Positions 44,017-56,157 of a stretch of DNA of 64,000 bases are shown here, piece after piece (within the stretch, counting starts at the first letter, position 1; the number at the start of each line of letters is the position of its first letter). The notes below the pieces were generated by a model that saw nothing but the letters and a program-made list of their open reading frames with translations, made no database searches and had not been told where the DNA came from. The translations under genes and the position numbers were made by a program. Source of the DNA: Chrysomallon squamiferum (taxonomy: Eukaryota > Animalia > Mollusca); assembly GCA_012295275.1 (NCBI GenBank), contig CM022671.1, positions 21,886,001-21,950,000 of the forward strand. The letters are read 5' to 3'.

Positions 44017-47000
44017 ACAGTTAGAGTTCACTGTGTGTTTCTAAGTGTCAGCGTGACAGGGAAAAGATCAGCAGGAAACAAAGACACACACACAATAAGT
44101 TTCTATGGTCTTCATTCAGTGAACGTTTCATTTCCTGCGACATGCTTCATTTCCATGGCTGGTGTTTTCATTATAAAGAGCACAGAAAAAAAAACCAAAA
44201 CACAGAACTGTAGCAGATAATATAATAAATGTCGATATCTGAAGGAGTTTGGATTTAGATTAGTAGTGTCGTTGTTGTTGTTGTCAATGATGATGGCAGT
44301 TAAATTGGTGGTGGTGGTGTTGATTATAATAGGGATATGGGGTGATGATGATGATGATTCTGAAAATGATAATACTAGTGTGATAAACACCAATATGATA
44401 ATGATGTTAGTGGTGATGATTATCTTAACGATAGTTGTATTAATGAACGATAACAATCATTATGAGAGAGATAGTAATTTTGATGATAATCTTCATTATG
44501 TCAATGATATTAATGGTGATGATAATTATAGCATAATGATGTCCATATTGAGACTGACATTAATGATGATCAGGCTGAAAACAATAATGACAATTAATTT
44601 AAAATACTAAATTCATGTGTCTTAGACTTACCTGGATGACCATCTTTATCTCTCTCACACAGCAGTTCTGGCTCAAACAGTAAATTCTGCAACTGAGGGA
44701 TGATATTTGACTGAAAACACAAAACATGAGATGAATAAAACAATCATTTGATCCACCTGGACCATCTCTTTCTCACCACGCTTCATAGTTTAATGTTTAA
44801 GCCAGTGAATTTTTGCGAATTAATTATAACCACAAGAGTCATGTCTTGCTTCTTCTTTTTTTTTTTTTTTTTTTTTGGTTTCTACCACATTTCATCTTTT
44901 CTCTGACAAATCATCTAACGTTCTAACATACCAACATAGTCTGGCGTGGACAACACAGATCCAAGAATTGTGTGATCATGAACAAAATGTATGAAAAATT
45001 TTGATGAAATTAAGATTGTTTCAAATACTTGACTGATGGATTATTGACTGATTAATAAGGATAGATGAATGGCAAACTGACTAGTTGACTTAGTGACTGA
45101 TAATAGCCTGTTTGTTTGAGTAACTAAGTTTCTGTGTGGAAGTCTAACTGCCATCTATCTATCTATTAGAATGCTGTGTCTATCAGTCTGACTGACCCTG
45201 TGCCTGTCTTTTTCAAGTGACTGTCTGTTTGAGAGGCTAACTGGCTATTTGTCTGCTTGATTGACTGTTTGATTGACTGATTGTATGTTTTCTTCATTGA
45301 CTTCTGAGGAAGTCTGTTCTGATGGTGAAGTTTTTAAATTTATTTTGTTTCTTTGTTTCTTTGTTTGCTTTTTTTTTTTTTTTTATTTTTATTTATTTAA
45401 AAAAAAAAAAAATTTGTTTCATTTTAGGATTTTTGTTTTTGTATCTCTTGTTTATTTATTTATGTACAAATTTATTTATTATCTGTCACCTTTCAGCAAG
45501 AAGCCTTATTTATTTATTTTTTTTTTTTTTTTTAATTTATTTATTTATTTATTTTTTATCTAGTTTGTTTATTTTTTTTATTTCTCTTATTCATTTATTT
45601 ATTTATTTATTTATAATTTGTCACCTTTCAACCATAGGCTTTAATAAGCATTCTTGCAAGCATGCTCTAACCACTAAGCCACACAAGAACGTAAAAGTTA
45701 AATAATGACTATTTATACACAACGAGACCACCAAGTCCTACACACATCCATTAACAACTCTTCTTTGTCACCCAAGAAGCCCATTCATCACGAAAAAAGG
45801 TGATTTCCCTGACAAACTTGTTCACTTCTTGACCTGTTATTAGGACTCTTAAAGCTAGAAGTAGTTTTCTGCAGTATCCATTGTAGAGGGGATTTGCTGT
45901 GTTAGAGAAATCTATAATCTCCACTGTAAGGAGTACAGACTGTCAGGTGACTTGCTGTGTCGGATTAGTTGACATGGAGACAGTTTGGTTGTCATGGACA
46001 CCACTGTTTTGACATGGAATAGAGATCAGTTGACACTGATACCGCTAAGCTGACAAGGACATTGCAGATCAACTGATATGCATGTATCATCATCACAAGG
46101 GAGGTGTTCGTTTCTACATGTTAATCTTATTTTTGTACGGTGGACTTTGTCCATCTCGTGTCCACGAGAAACTGACCGTGTAATGTTATGTTTGAATAGT
46201 GGGTTTTTTTTTTTTTAGTGTTTTCAGTTAAGCCTGTTATCTGGATGAAATCGTACACAGGAAAAACGATCAGAATGGAATAAGCAGTGTTTGAAGTTTT
46301 ATTCATTGTAAAATTCTAAATATTTTTTTATTACTTCTTGGCTTTCTTTCTTTCTTTTATTTATTTTTTCTTTAATTTGTTTTTTTTGTTGTTTGATACT
46401 GAATATATGAAAATATTTTCATCACGAAATTCTAAATATTAAATATATATAAAAGTGTTGTTTGTACTGTAAAATTTGTTTAATTATTTAAATATTGTGA
46501 AATATAAATAATATAAAAATTCAAATTTAAAAATAATATTCTGCATAATTTAAGTGTAATATCACCAGTTTCTGAATATCATTTACTGTATGTCATTAAA
46601 GTTAAATTAAAATTAAAATTAACACAGAACAAAAAAAAACAAAAAAAATGAAATAAAATTATTTTTTAAAATATGAAGCAAAATTCTGTTATCATCATCA
46701 CATTTTCTTTTCCTGACCAAAACTAACTAAAAAGTGTAAACTAGTTGTGGTTTCAGAAACAAGAAAACCAAAAATAACACTTTAATTTCCTTACTTTAAA
46801 AAGATTTCTCAATCAAATCTCACATCTTATTTCCTGAAACATAGTTTTCCATTAACCAAAAAAAAAAAAAAAAAAAAAAAAAACCACACTTTCCAATTTA
46901 AATATTTTGCTTTGATCTTCAAAAGAAACAAAAAAAACAAAATAAACACACAAAAAAACCAACAAGAAAACATCAGCACTCCCTTAGTACAAATGATTAA

Positions 47001-47202
47001 TATTAAAATAAACCCATTATTTGTACATTTGAAAAAAATTTTGAGTCACATTTAATAATGTAATTATCACTTAATAGTTCTCTTATTAACCTTCAGTACC
47101 TCCCTCCCACCACTTGGAGTTTATACATAGATAGACATAACAGTGATACATTTTGTACATGTATCAGTACATTGAAGTGTAGATGTATACTCACGTATCT
47201 GT

Positions 47203-47256
<54 letters not shown>

Positions 47257-48303
47257 TTACCTATTAACATAGAGATGAATGAATCAGAGAAAAACACAAT
47301 CCCAACTATAAATAATAACATTTGATTATGAGTAATAAAATACAGATATCATACACCGTCAGTACAAATGTTGTGTCTGTATTCATGTCTGTGATGCTTC
47401 CATAGTTTTTGTATGTTCATATATGTGTCTGTCGTCTGTCTGTCTGTCTGTCTGTCTGACTGTCTGTCTGTCTGGGTGTCTGGATTTACCTTTTGAAAGT
47501 TCTGTGATGAACTTGATGCTGAGTTCTGATGACAAGGCTCTGAAGATTGGCTGCTAAGACAGATTAAAACTGTCCACGATTTCCTCCCTTTGTCTTCAGA
47601 TATGGACTGTACTGTCCTGCTCAACAGTCCAGAATCTTAAAAAAAAAAAAAAAAAAAAAAAGATATCTTCTGTTCAACTAGTTTTAAAGAAAAGCTTGTT
47701 AGTTATTAAATGAGATTTTTATGGCTTTTCTGCATAAAGAGATGGTAAAAAAAAAAGGACTAAATATGTTTTGAGTGTGTCTCTCTGTCTGTGTGTCTGT
47801 GTGTTTGTATGTGTATGTGTGTATCATCACAAGAGAAGGACATGTGAACAAATATAAAAATAGAAATAAAATATTTATACCATTATTAAAAACAACTATG
47901 TTCTATTTTAACTTCTGAAATTTGTTTGTTTTATAATTCAGTTTGTTTTTATGAGTACCAGGTATTTATTTTTATTATCTATTCAATTATTTTTATTTTT
48001 TTAGTTATTTTGTGCCACAATCTTTTTGGAAAATCAGAAATCAAAATCTTTATAAAATAAAACATTGTCGTAATTGTTTTAAAGATTTGACTAAAACCAT
48101 CCACAAACTACAACAGGTCATTTTTTTTTTTTTACTATATGACCATGACACTCACCTGATCTGACCTTGAACTTGACCTCAGCTCCAAGCTGTCTGAAAG
48201 CTGACTCTATGAGGGGAACTTCATGTTTGATGGCAGACAGAGACCCTTCAACCAGAACAACAACAGGAAATTTTGTCTTATGTGGCAGTGATTCATCCTC
48301 CAA
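31509..48303 (-). CDS. CPED1: Cadherin-like and PC-esterase domain-containing protein 1 (5'-partial, 21 exons, 960 aa in window)
   Basis: 21 GT-AG exons with consistent phases, 2883 nt. Degenerate TTL-like ATP-grasp region (VLVMSLSPLRLYLHPEG, CFQLL), cadherin-like sandwich (FSPEFSPFTTEY...GENRISVVVVD...YTL), and PC-esterase domain ([56 protein letters not shown]). Confidence 0.94.
31668..32040. repeat. ~70-bp degenerate tandem repeat (5 copies) filling the CPED1 last intron
   Basis: ctgaaaaataaaatatttaaagcac...tccaaatat units start at 31668, 31745, 31817, 31885, 31960. Confidence 0.8.
32100..32246 (-). CDS. CPED1: CPED1 exon
   Basis: KDHQHLLTHN...[26 protein letters not shown]. Confidence 0.93.
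32651..32738 (-). CDS. CPED1: CPED1 exon
   Basis: EGLTGIHLVVKGLGSGFHQPVSGVHCLSK. Confidence 0.92.
33290..33391 (-). CDS. CPED1: CPED1 exon
   Basis: [33 protein letters not shown]. Confidence 0.92.
33932..34152 (-). CDS. CPED1: CPED1 exon (GDS motif)
   Basis: [16 protein letters not shown]...AYYPQFWLP...LYQLIK. Confidence 0.95.
34649..34785 (-). CDS. CPED1: CPED1 exon
   Basis: GKWYVPCKNCADTHSCYWQQAMWQPDEC...CFSGKK. Confidence 0.93.
35158..35284 (-). CDS. CPED1: CPED1 exon
   Basis: DCALRYAPRESCGLQ...LPQCQSGDAA. Confidence 0.9.
35665..35845 (-). CDS. CPED1: CPED1 exon (cadherin-like)
   Basis: VGNFTVGIGENRISVVVVDMSYAEPWVLNTYTLIVHR...HQVCSLKQ. Confidence 0.92.
36088..36277 (-). CDS. CPED1: CPED1 exon (cadherin-like)
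   Basis: PASMPYLQKLYINPVSAFSPEFSPFTTEYHTTVDYDVLHITVWALAKSC. Confidence 0.92.
36664..36693 (-). CDS. CPED1: CPED1 30-nt exon
   Basis: tttag|AGQAKIQCDK|gtaggt; phase 1-1; supplies the Cys before the cadherin-like domain. Confidence 0.7.
36983..37044 (-). CDS. CPED1: CPED1 exon
   Basis: DFEGVPNINSSKIQSLSHIL; phase 2-1, needed to keep frame. Confidence 0.75.
37525..37742 (-). CDS. CPED1: CPED1 exon
   Basis: LYPSTSAVKYTSLLQTMY...DLHSYLLSLESFY...MNIP. Confidence 0.88.
38381..38485 (-). CDS. CPED1: CPED1 exon
   Basis: KGLCNSDETFCLSNDQLMYSLDNRREFFKKGNFIK. Confidence 0.88.
38624..38687 (-). pseudogene. Duplicated, frameshifted fragment of the CPED1 exon at 42332-42506
   Basis: Aligns to 42353-42415 with 21 nt identical (caggggtgacagtgacattac); encodes VMSLSPLGLY then frameshifts. 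Confidence 0.85.
38692..38992. repeat. ~22-bp minisatellite (agtaataaaatctattttacac/t, ~13 copies)
   Basis: Visible tandem units. Confidence 0.88.
39197..39358 (-). CDS. CPED1: CPED1 exon
   Basis: VKPYAHKGKMASLNEYVVRQRILEDL...LPTQ. Confidence 0.88.
39672..39744 (-). CDS. CPED1: CPED1 exon
   Basis: CQSCFQLLEVTMVFNKTFHPFLLQ. Confidence 0.9.
40283..40440 (-). CDS. CPED1: CPED1 exon
   Basis: PQRSVTIQDLQQLV...QIEESIVRAMFMLE... Confidence 0.88.
42097..42237. mobile_element. Degenerate Tc1/mariner(pogo)-derived MITE
   Basis: Left ta.aatcaaatctg...gcagccac with internal repeat cctgtctaatgcagccac; right gtggccatattagacagttatgactacata. Resembles the TA-CAGTCAAACCTGTC...GCCAC TIR type. Confidence 0.45.
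42332..42506 (-). CDS. CPED1: CPED1 exon (TTL-like)
   Basis: YLPGQG...QPLVVQLHVLVMSLSPLRLYLHPEGLAWEGFSAYIYKK. Confidence 0.9.
43201..43375 (-). CDS. CPED1: CPED1 exon
   Basis: RWQGEPLSCFLLPQQIPSL...MWVLQAG...LADEQ; phase 1-2. Confidence 0.82.
44632..44710 (-). CDS. CPED1: CPED1 exon
   Basis: SNIIPQLQNLLFEPELLCERDKDGHP. Confidence 0.85.
47490..47635 (-). CDS. CPED1: CPED1 exon
   Basis: SGLLSRTVQS...SWTVLICLSSQSSEPC...NFQK. Confidence 0.82.
48156..48303 (-). CDS. CPED1: CPED1 5'-most exon found
   Basis: ttttcag|LEDESLPHKTKFPVVVLVEGS...IESAFRQLGAEVKFKVRS; begins at an acceptor, so an upstream exon is required. Confidence 0.82.
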
Positions 48304-48339
48304 CTGAAAATATCAAAACATTGAATCTTAATATTTATA

Positions 48340-48378
<39 letters not shown>

Positions 48379-49269
48379 ATATTAAATAAATAAGTATTAA
48401 ATAAATAATTAAATATTTTAATAAATAAATAAATAAAAAGTTTACCAGAATTTTTCAGAATCGTATTTCTAATAATTTTTCCCATTCCAACAGATGTCTC
48501 ACCAATGGTTTATTAAAAGTCATAGTATTCTCGTTCCATAGTTTTTGTGAAGATGCATATTAAAAATATTTTGCTGCTAATAATTAAGAACAACATACTG
48601 AGGGGTAGGAGTACAGCATTTTTCATATCATTTTTCTACACAACCTATGAAACTGGGCATGCAGTAATCACAAACATGAGAAATCATTCATTCATTTATT
48701 TATTCAGAAACACTGAATTCAATATTTCAGATCAAGTGAAACATTTTGTAATTAATATATATATATATTTTTAGATCAGTATTGCAGAATCCAATAACAA
48801 TAAGAAATACCAGTGACTTGGTATTTGGTAATACTTTACTATTAGTAAAAGAAAGAAAAAAAAAAAAAACACATTTTTTTTTTTTTTTTTTTTTTTGGAT
48901 CAGTTAAAGAAGAAAATCTTATTTTGGTTGGACATTATTAAGCTGTTATGTAACAGTCTCACATGAATAATGAAGGTTCTATGGCTCAAGAAATATCTTT
49001 GTTAGAAAAAAAAAAAAAAACTCCTCTCAGAAAACATGCATACTTTTTTTCAGTGACAGAAATAACTTTCTTGAAACTTTAACGAGAAATCTGAATCTGA
49101 AACCAACTGTGAAACAATGCCATGTTCTGTGTGTCTGAGTGAATGAATAAAAACATTACTGCATGTTTGTGTAAGCAAACAAATGTGAGAAATGATTGGG
49201 ATGGAGATCAGAAAAATAAATGAGTTGGTGAATGAGATAATAAATGAGTGAGAGAGAGTGAGCTAATGT

Positions 49270-49550
49270 GTGAATGAATAATCACTGAAGTAGTAAATAA
49301 ATAAATGAATGAATCATTGAAGTAGTAAATAAATAAATGAATGAATGACTGAATGAGTTATTGAGGTAGTGAATAAACAAGCTGAATAAAGAAATGAGTT
49401 ACTGAGGTAGTGAATAAACAAGCTGAATAAAGAAATGAGTTACTGATGAATGAATAAATGAATGAATGAATGAAGTGGTAGTACTGAATAAATTACTGAA
49501 TGAATGAAGTGGTAGTACTGAATAAATTACTGAATGAATGAATAAATGAA
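49270..49550. repeat. Compound tandem duplications on a (TGAA)n background
   Basis: gagtta.tgaggtagtgaataaacaagctgaataaagaaat x2; tgaatgaatgaagtggtagtactgaataaattac x2. Confidence 0.8.
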
Positions 49551-49713
49551 TAAGAAAGCAAAATAGGTACTGAAGAAATGAAAAGGTAAATGAAACTAAT
49601 ATGTGAATGAATCAATGAATATGTTGTTGTGTGTTTGAATAACTGAATAACTGAGATGATAAAGTGAGTGCATGAGTATGTGAAAATGTTAATAGCTAGA
49701 TAATAGGAAGATA

Positions 49714-49765
<52 letters not shown>

Positions 49766-51847
49766 GCGCATATCTCTATCTGTTTCTTTAACAGCCATAT
49801 CTTCAGAAATTCGGTTAATTACAACTTCTTATGCATGTTTGGAATGTACATAAAACAAATTATGATATATACTGTGATAAAATTAAAGGTGTGTTCACTA
49901 AACATACGCAATGCAGCATAATTTGAAAAATAGCATTTTATGGTGTTGAGATGTAAGATTGGATGTAAAGTAAACATGGTTACTTGACATCACAGATAAC
50001 ATACAAGTGTTATGTTACCAGTGTGTGAAGTGCCAGATCTAAGTCAGCAATAATTTGAGATTAAATTTTAACTTTAATTAAAAGTCTTCTAGCAAGATAT
50101 TTTTAAAGATTATTTTTATATATTTATTTGTGGGTTGTTTTGTTGTTGTTTTTTTTTTTTTTTTTTTTTGTTTTTATTTTGTTTTGCTTATTTATTTGTT
50201 TTTAAGCTTTTTATTTGTTTATTTGCCAGTTTATTTTCTTAATTTATACATTTACTATTTATTTTATTTTTCATTCATTTATTCATCCATTTTAGCATTG
50301 CAATTTACTTATTTATTGTATTTTTTCTTTTATTCTTTCTTTCTTTCCTTATTTATTGATTCGTTCATTTATTTATTATTTAAATTTCATTTCATTATGA
50401 ACACCACTTAAAAAAAAAAAAAAAAAAAACATTCATGATTAATAACTGTATTCTAACTTGCTTTTAGAAGAACAAAATAATTAAAAAAATATAAATGTAT
50501 AGTTAAAAAGAATTAAATTTTAATTATTAACAGTAGTTAACTTGATCTACTATCTAAACTAAATCTTACCACTAAAAGAATTCACAGACCACAACATAAA
50601 ATATTCTGCAGATAATGAAAATCATGTAACTCTTTTAAAAATCTTGCTTGGTTACTTTTAATTAAATTTCAATTATTAATCATAATTCTGTTTCTCAATT
50701 ATGTTATCTACAGTACTTAGTTACTGGATATCTGCATAAAAAACAAGATATTTAGACTGTTTTAATGGGTCTACTGACATTTGTACTTGTAATTAAATAT
50801 TGAATTAGTAAAAAAAATAATTTTAAAATTCATTTAGATATATTGATTTTGTTATATTCTAAAAAAAACAATTATGTTATTAGCAAAAATATGCAATATT
50901 CTGGAAATATAAAAATATGTACACACACAGACATACAAAACACACATGAAGACATACACACATACACACATAGACAGACACAAATGGATGGACAGATAGA
51001 AGATAAACATGCGTGTATGTCTGTGTGTGTGTATGTGCATGTATTATGTGTGTGTCAATTACAAACATGTGTGTGTATATGATATTATTAATGTGTATTT
51101 ATATGTACATGCATATGTAAGTATGAATGTACCTGCCTATCAATACACTCCTTTCACTGCACATAATTAGTCATAAACAAATTCTTCTTACTTTAAATAA
51201 TTTCTTTCTCTCACACACCAAATCTACATACTTACAGCAGAAAGTGAGCAAAAAATATAAAATATATTTTTCAGGGTTATATATATATATAAAAAAAAAA
51301 ACCTAAAATCAGAACTGTTATACTACCATGCAGTAGAATAACACAGGTAATGGGGGAAAAAACAATAGCCTAACTGTTACAGGTTTGTAACAGGAGGAGT
51401 AACACAAAACCAAATTAAAACTCGGACACACTGCATAATAAAACATTTCTTACTGGCTGAGCAGAAAAACAAGACAAAACAGCAAAGTTCAAAGCAGATC
51501 TTGTTCACTAATTAGAATTTATGGCTGTATTAAATCAACAGACTGAGATCGGTGTATAACTGTTATCCCAGAAAAGCAAATCACACACATACACATCATA
51601 TGGTAAAAACTTCTCTTTTTTTTTTTAGCACATCTTGACTTAGTTAATGTAATTAATTGAAAACAGCGTGATGCTGTCGATGAAAAAATCTGATAACATT
51701 TTTGACATGCAGTTGTATCAGATTGTACTGTGATGGTGTGTATATCCAGTGGGGGATGCAGTCAGCACTGTCTCCCCCACTGCATTTATTTCCAGCTGAT
51801 GAGTGGTTTTTTATTATATAATTATAATTATTATTACTATAATTATA

Positions 51848-51883
<36 letters not shown>

Positions 51884-52196
51884 GCTATTATTTTTTTTTT
51901 AATTATTATTATTATTGCTATTATTGTAAACATGATATATGAATATTATTTAAATAACTTTAGGGCAGCCATAAATGACATGAAATAAAATAAAATACAT
52001 GTAATAAATAAATAATAATACTATAAAAGTAATGTGATAAAAAAAAGATAAGTAAATAAACAGCCAGTAATAAGTAAATAATAAAGTAAAAATATCAAAC
52101 AAAACCATTTTTAAAGAATTTCAGGCCAGTTTCAGTAAACAAAAAAGCAATAAATAATAATAATAAATAAATAAATAAATAAAAATAAATAAATAC

Positions 52197-52234
<38 letters not shown>

Positions 52235-53163
52235 ATACAAATATAGACATGAATAAGAACATTCTTGAAGATATTATATCTTATCATTTAAAAAAAAAAA
52301 AAATGTTTATTTAATGTGTTTTTAATAGCCTTCACCTATGCAATAAACTGATAAAATGAATTTAAATTTTTTAAATACCATGAAATAAAAAACATTTTGT
52401 TTACTGTTAAAAATGACAGCTATATCTTTAAAATCATTAATGTTTATCTACTAATCTGTTTCAAATAAAATGCAGATAAAATTTGATTTATTTCTTTATT
52501 TTTATTTATTTATTTATTTTATTTTATTTTATTTTAAACCAGATTTATTATTATTACATGTATTATTATTTACATTTCTAATACCAATTAAGATATTTTG
52601 TCCTCCCCACAAATTTTCAAAATTTTCAATTTTAACTGTTTCTCAGGTTATATATCTGTATTTATTTGAAATACAGCAGTTATTTAATGAGGAAATAAAG
52701 CTCTGTATCAGTCTTAGCTTTACCAAACAAATGATAACAGATTCTGTAAACTGAGATCACTTACAACATATATCTGTACACAAATAAATAAATAAATAAA
52801 TATAATTTCCAGTTTAAAAAATCAAAAAAAAAAAAAAAAACAAGTTAAAATCTTTAAAATCTTTTTATCATGTTTAATGTTAATAGTATTTATTTATTTA
52901 TTTATTTATTTATTAACCACTAACTTCTAACTGCAGCTGTCAGTGGAGAGGAACAGGTGTGGAAGATTATTAAATTGAATGAGGTAATTTTATTAACCGT
53001 GTAATATTTCATAACTTCTAAGTGAAAGTTTCCTCTCAGTGTTTCACTTTGTAGTACAAGCAGACTCTCTCTGATGTCGTAACTTGTAGAACAGCTGATA
53101 ACTTTGTTCCAATTTGTAGTATTACGTACTGCGTGAAAGAAAAACAAAGAGTTTATTTTATGT

Positions 53164-53166
<3 letters not shown>

Positions 53167-53241
<75 letters not shown>
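53167..53241. repeat. (CT)n microsatellite
   Basis: Perfect run. Confidence 0.98.
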
Positions 53242-53244
<3 letters not shown>

Positions 53245-53927
53245 AGATATGGGTGTGTTTTGTTTCAACTCCAAATCTGTTATGTAATGATTAATCTAAA
53301 TACTTTCATAATAACATCACAGAAGAAAACACATAGCAACAAAAACAACAACAACAACTACAATAATAATAATAATTACAACAGCTATTCGGAAATAATG
53401 TTAAAATTATTATTATTATTATTATTATTATCATTATTACTGTTGTTGTTGTTGTTGTTGTTATCATTATCATCATAATCATTAATACTATTGATGAAAA
53501 GTGATATAAAAATAATGACAAAAACAAAGACAAAAACAACAACAACAAATATAAATTCAATTATAAAAATTAACTCCTACCAGCACATAATTATAACTGA
53601 CCACACACACTTGTGGTCAAGCAATGCCCCCCCCCCCCGGCCTCTGAATGACCATCTACCAGGGAAACAAAGCAATGGTGGGATCAGCTGTAAGTGAAGT
53701 GACAGCAGAGAGTGGAAGCTGACCAGCAGCCATGTCAAATATGTGTTGAAGTATTGTTTGGAATTCAGATATTATTCAAGTTGTCAGATCATAATGTTTC
53801 AGTGTGTGTGATCACAGACAGACAGACAGAAGATAAAGTGATGTCAAATGAAATAGAATGAGTTTTCATTCATGAGTCTGTTATCAGTGCTGGCTGGTCT
53901 AGCTAGCAAAGCACTTAGCCAGATCTG

Positions 53928-54197
53928 AAATGATGTGTGAAAAAGGGAGCATGTGTAGCAAATGGGATGTTTCAGTCAAATGGAATGTATGAAAAATGGG
54001 ATGTGTTTATCAGACAGAATGTATGACAAGTGGGGATATCTGTATCAAAAGGGATGTATGAAAATTTGGTGTGTGTGTGTGTGTATCAAGTCAAATGTTT
54101 GTATTACAAGGGGGAGAGATGTACAACAGATGGGATGTGTGACAAATGGGGAGTGTAACAAGTGGGAGATGTAATAAATGGGATGTTTGACAAATGG
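53928..54197. repeat. Degenerate ~16-bp minisatellite (aaatgggatgtrtgac)
   Basis: Recurrent aaatgggatgt units. Confidence 0.75.
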
Positions 54198-54284
54198 CTG
54201 GTTACCTAAGAAATTTAAAACAGAGGTTTTGCAATTATGTATAGCAAAATTTTAACCTGTAAGTCAGTCCAACTCATTGTCAGC

Positions 54285-54625
54285 ATATAACTACAATTAC
54301 TACTACAACTACAACAACAACTATTACTACTATTACCATTATTTCTGCTACTGCTACTACTGCTGTTACTTCTTTTACAACTACTACTACTTCTATTGTC
54401 ACTGCTATTGCTAATACTATTACTATTGTTACTACAACTACTGCCATTATTACTACAACCACTACCACTACCATTACCACTACTACTGCTACTGCTGTTA
54501 CTACTACTTTCATTATTACTATTACTACAACTACTTCTATTACTACAACTACTACTGTTACTATTATACTACTATTACTACAACTACTACCACTACTGTT
54601 ACAACAATAGCAGCTACTACCACCA
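54285..54625. repeat. Degenerate (ACT)n trinucleotide region
   Basis: tac/tgc/aac triplet runs. Confidence 0.85.
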
Positions 54626-56084
54626 CATGCTAAGTGTTTGTAATGTCCTCAGTTCACCAATCATTAGGGCATTAACCCCAGCATGCTCAGTGCTTGAGAA
54701 CCCAAATGGGACCATACAGAAATAAAAGCACTAATAGCTTTTTCATATTTATTTATTTATTTAGTCCACCGTTGACAAGAATTTATATTTCTTGATATTT
54801 TACTGATTTACAGATAAAATCTTTATTGCTTGTAAACACTGGGCATATGGAACCAGATACAAAACAAGAAAAATCTCTTTACAAACATCCAGTTATTATC
54901 AGTTTATAATATACACAGTAGATGCCCTGTTTCTTTCAGTTTATTTCGCAGTTTTCTTTAAGAAATGCTTAATATTCTTCATATTTCTTCTTTCTTGGTT
55001 TTTTTTTTCTTTTTTCTGGCTTTTTTTTTTTTTTTTTTAATTATTTATTTTTCTTAAATGCTCTCATTCCATTTTCCTTTTTTTTTTCATATAGTTTTTT
55101 CCAAAAATTATATATATATATATATATATATTTCTTTTCATGTATTAATTTTTTTTTTTTATCTTCTTTGTGTGTGTATGTGTGTTTAAAATGTTTTAAA
55201 TTCAAATTTTTTTTTTTTATTTTTTTTATCTTTCTTTGCCTTTTCATTTAAATTTTTTGAAGTCATCTTTACTACTTTTTTTTAAAATATTTTAAATTTA
55301 AATTACTTTGTTGTTGTTGTTGTTGTTGTTGTTGTTCTTTCTTTTTCATTTTTATTTTTTTTATCAACAAGGAATTTTTAAAACTGAAACTCATTCTTTG
55401 TACTTGGTTCACTTTTAATTTTTTAATTTTTTCACCAACATCTACATCCTGTAAAATTCATTAAAACATCAATGAAGTCTTCTGCTATATCCAAAAAGTG
55501 AATTGACATTATTATTTATGAAGCATGAAAAGAATTTTTTTTTTTTTTTAAATCTCTTAGCTTTGCATAATTTACATTAGAAAATTATAAAATAAATTTT
55601 TTTTTTTTTCAGAGGGGAGGGTTTGGTTATTCTTTATATTTTCTGAGATTTTTTAATATTTTGAAAAGAAAATAATATTAATGCTTGCCGTAGCATGAAG
55701 AGAATATTAAGGAAGTTTACAGAGTTGTATTTATGGCCAGATTAAAAGATTTAATTCTGTTTATTGATAGTGTGATATTAAATGTTCTGTCACTAGCTAC
55801 AGGATGTCGGCCATTTTGTGTTTGGTAATTACAAACATCAGAAAAATCCTGAAATATTTACATTAGTAGCAGTTTAAATGATTATTAAATTTTCTTTTTG
55901 TAAAGCAAAAAATCTGTGGCTCTTGAGGCATTTCAGAATATACTTTATAATATAATTTATTTAACTGTTACAAAAAATATATAATAATAATAAAAAGATA
56001 AAATCCTTTAAATTTTAACAGTATGAACCTAATATACATACATACATACATACATACAAACACATATCTATCTATCTATCTATC

Positions 56085-56085
<1 letters not shown>

Positions 56086-56154
<69 letters not shown>
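56086..56154. repeat. (GA)n microsatellite
   Basis: Perfect run. Confidence 0.98.

Positions 56155-56157
<3 letters not shown>

Noticed and set aside
51796-51803. CTGATGAG hammerhead-ribozyme core next to the GC hairpin
   Set aside because: No stem II plus GAAA downstream; it runs into (TAT)n.
53928-54197. Repeat arrays as CRISPR-like structures (also 38692-38992, 59455-59728)
   Set aside because: Eukaryotic context, degenerate head-to-tail units without unique spacers, no cas genes.
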